A model generated the notes under the pieces. It saw only the letters and a list, made by a program, of their open reading frames with translations. It was not told where the DNA came from and did not search any database. Source: Prorocentrum cordatum (Eukaryota). From it: DNA of 47,674 nucleotides. Numbering within the stretch: position 1 is the stretch's first letter; every line of letters starts with the position of its first letter. The stretch is from NCBI GenBank assembly GCA_963575745.1, contig CAUYUJ010000148.1:620001-667674 (forward strand), in the 5' to 3' direction. Shown in pieces: positions 46,946 to 47,674 of the stretch. Position numbers and translations under genes: made by a program.

Positions 46946-46967
46946 TCCGTAGCGGTTTTGGCTCAAG
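46946..46967 (+). promoter_or_regulatory. Relic spliced leader upstream of the Lys-rich ORF
   Basis: TCCGTAGCGGTTTTGGCTCAAG, 20/22 to DinoSL, 57 nt before ATG 47025. Confidence 0.9.
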
Positions 46968-47024
46968 CCTACAGCCACGCCCGACAGCCCAAGCCCGAAG
47001 CGCCCGACAGCCCGCGCGACAGTC

Positions 47025-47456
47025 ATGCCGAACGGCGGCGGCGGCAAGGCCGCAGCCGAGGCCGAGGCTGCCCAAGAGAAGACATCGCCGAAATCGTTCG
47101 TCGAGATGAACAGGCGGCGTGGGAGGGACATACGCGAGGGGTGGCGTGGGGCCCTCGTCGGTTTGAACTGGGACGGCGATCAGGTGGAAGAAAAGTGGCG
47201 CTGGACGCCGCCCCCCTCCAGCTTGATCGAGGCCGAGGCGAGCCCCCTCGACGACCCCCTCGACGAGCACGTCGATCCGACGACGAAGACGAAGGCCATG
47301 CCGAAGAAGAAGTCGAAGGCCATGCCGAAGATGAAGAAGCCGAAGGCCATGCCGAAGAAGAAGTCGAAGGCCAAGCCCAAGGCCGCCGCGAGGGTGAAGC
47401 CGAAGGCCAAGCCCAACAAGGCCGCCGCGAGGGCCAAGCCCAAGGCCCACAAGTGA
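47025..47456 (+). CDS. Small basic protein with a Lys/Ala/Pro-rich (histone H1/DVNP-tail-like) C-terminus, 143 aa
   Basis: KAMPKKKSKAMPKMKKPKAMPKKKSKAKPKAAAR...; Trp-containing N-terminal domain; SL relic upstream; GC3 bias. Confidence 0.75.
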   Translation: MPNGGGGKAAAEAEAAQEKTSPKSFVEMNRRRGRDIREGWRGALVGLNWDGDQVEEKWRWTPPPSSLIEAEASPLDDPLDEHVDPTTKTKAMPKKKSKAMPKMKKPKAMPKKKSKAKPKAAARVKPKAKPNKAAARAKPKAHK

Positions 47457-47674
47457 GGCCCGTCGTGCGAGTGCGAGTGCGCTCGAGTGTTAGCGCCGAA
47501 GACGTGGGCGTCGAAGTCTCCCTTCTCCCTCGGACCTGTCCTCCGACTGTTCAGGCGAATGTTCCTCATCCTCCTCCTGAATATCCTCGCATCCTCTTGG
47601 GCTCTTCAGGATGCGACTCTCGTCCCCCCCCTGCCGATGGAACACCAATTAGTCTCCCAGGTCGCGTTCTGGCC

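Overview
This is GC-rich eukaryotic genomic DNA, almost certainly from a dinoflagellate. The evidence is several relic DinoSL spliced-leader motifs (consensus DCCGTAGCCATTTTGGCTCAAG) upstream of ORFs and predicted GA-AG/GC-AG introns. A Prorocentrum-like host is my inference only. The first ~26.5 kb has no convincing protein-coding genes. It consists of (CAT)n/(GGA)n/(AAC)n microsatellites, minisatellites, MITE-like elements, tandem duplications and a Helentron-type non-autonomous element. From ~26.7 kb to the window end there is a compact, intron-poor, strand-switching cluster of about 9 genes. It contains a hAT-like (ZNF862/C17orf113-type) DDE transposase, a C5-cytosine DNA methyltransferase with intact catalytic motifs, and an intact paralog that has lost its catalytic motifs. 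It also contains a frameshifted PhyH-type 2OG-Fe(II) dioxygenase, a HAD-fold/coiled-coil/Zn-finger protein, a Zn-finger/coiled-coil protein, a Lys-rich basic protein and two unknown ORFs. Most of these genes have a genomic SL-like motif 40-175 nt upstream of the ATG. A nested, CpG-rich perfect-palindrome array (39365-39716), the dioxygenase and the active-type DNMT lie between two ~750-bp direct repeats. My best interpretation is a large cargo-carrying DNA transposon or endogenous element encoding a DNA-modification toolkit. I could not identify its termini (TIR/TSD) in this window. All protein family calls come from motifs recognised by eye; no database search was run.
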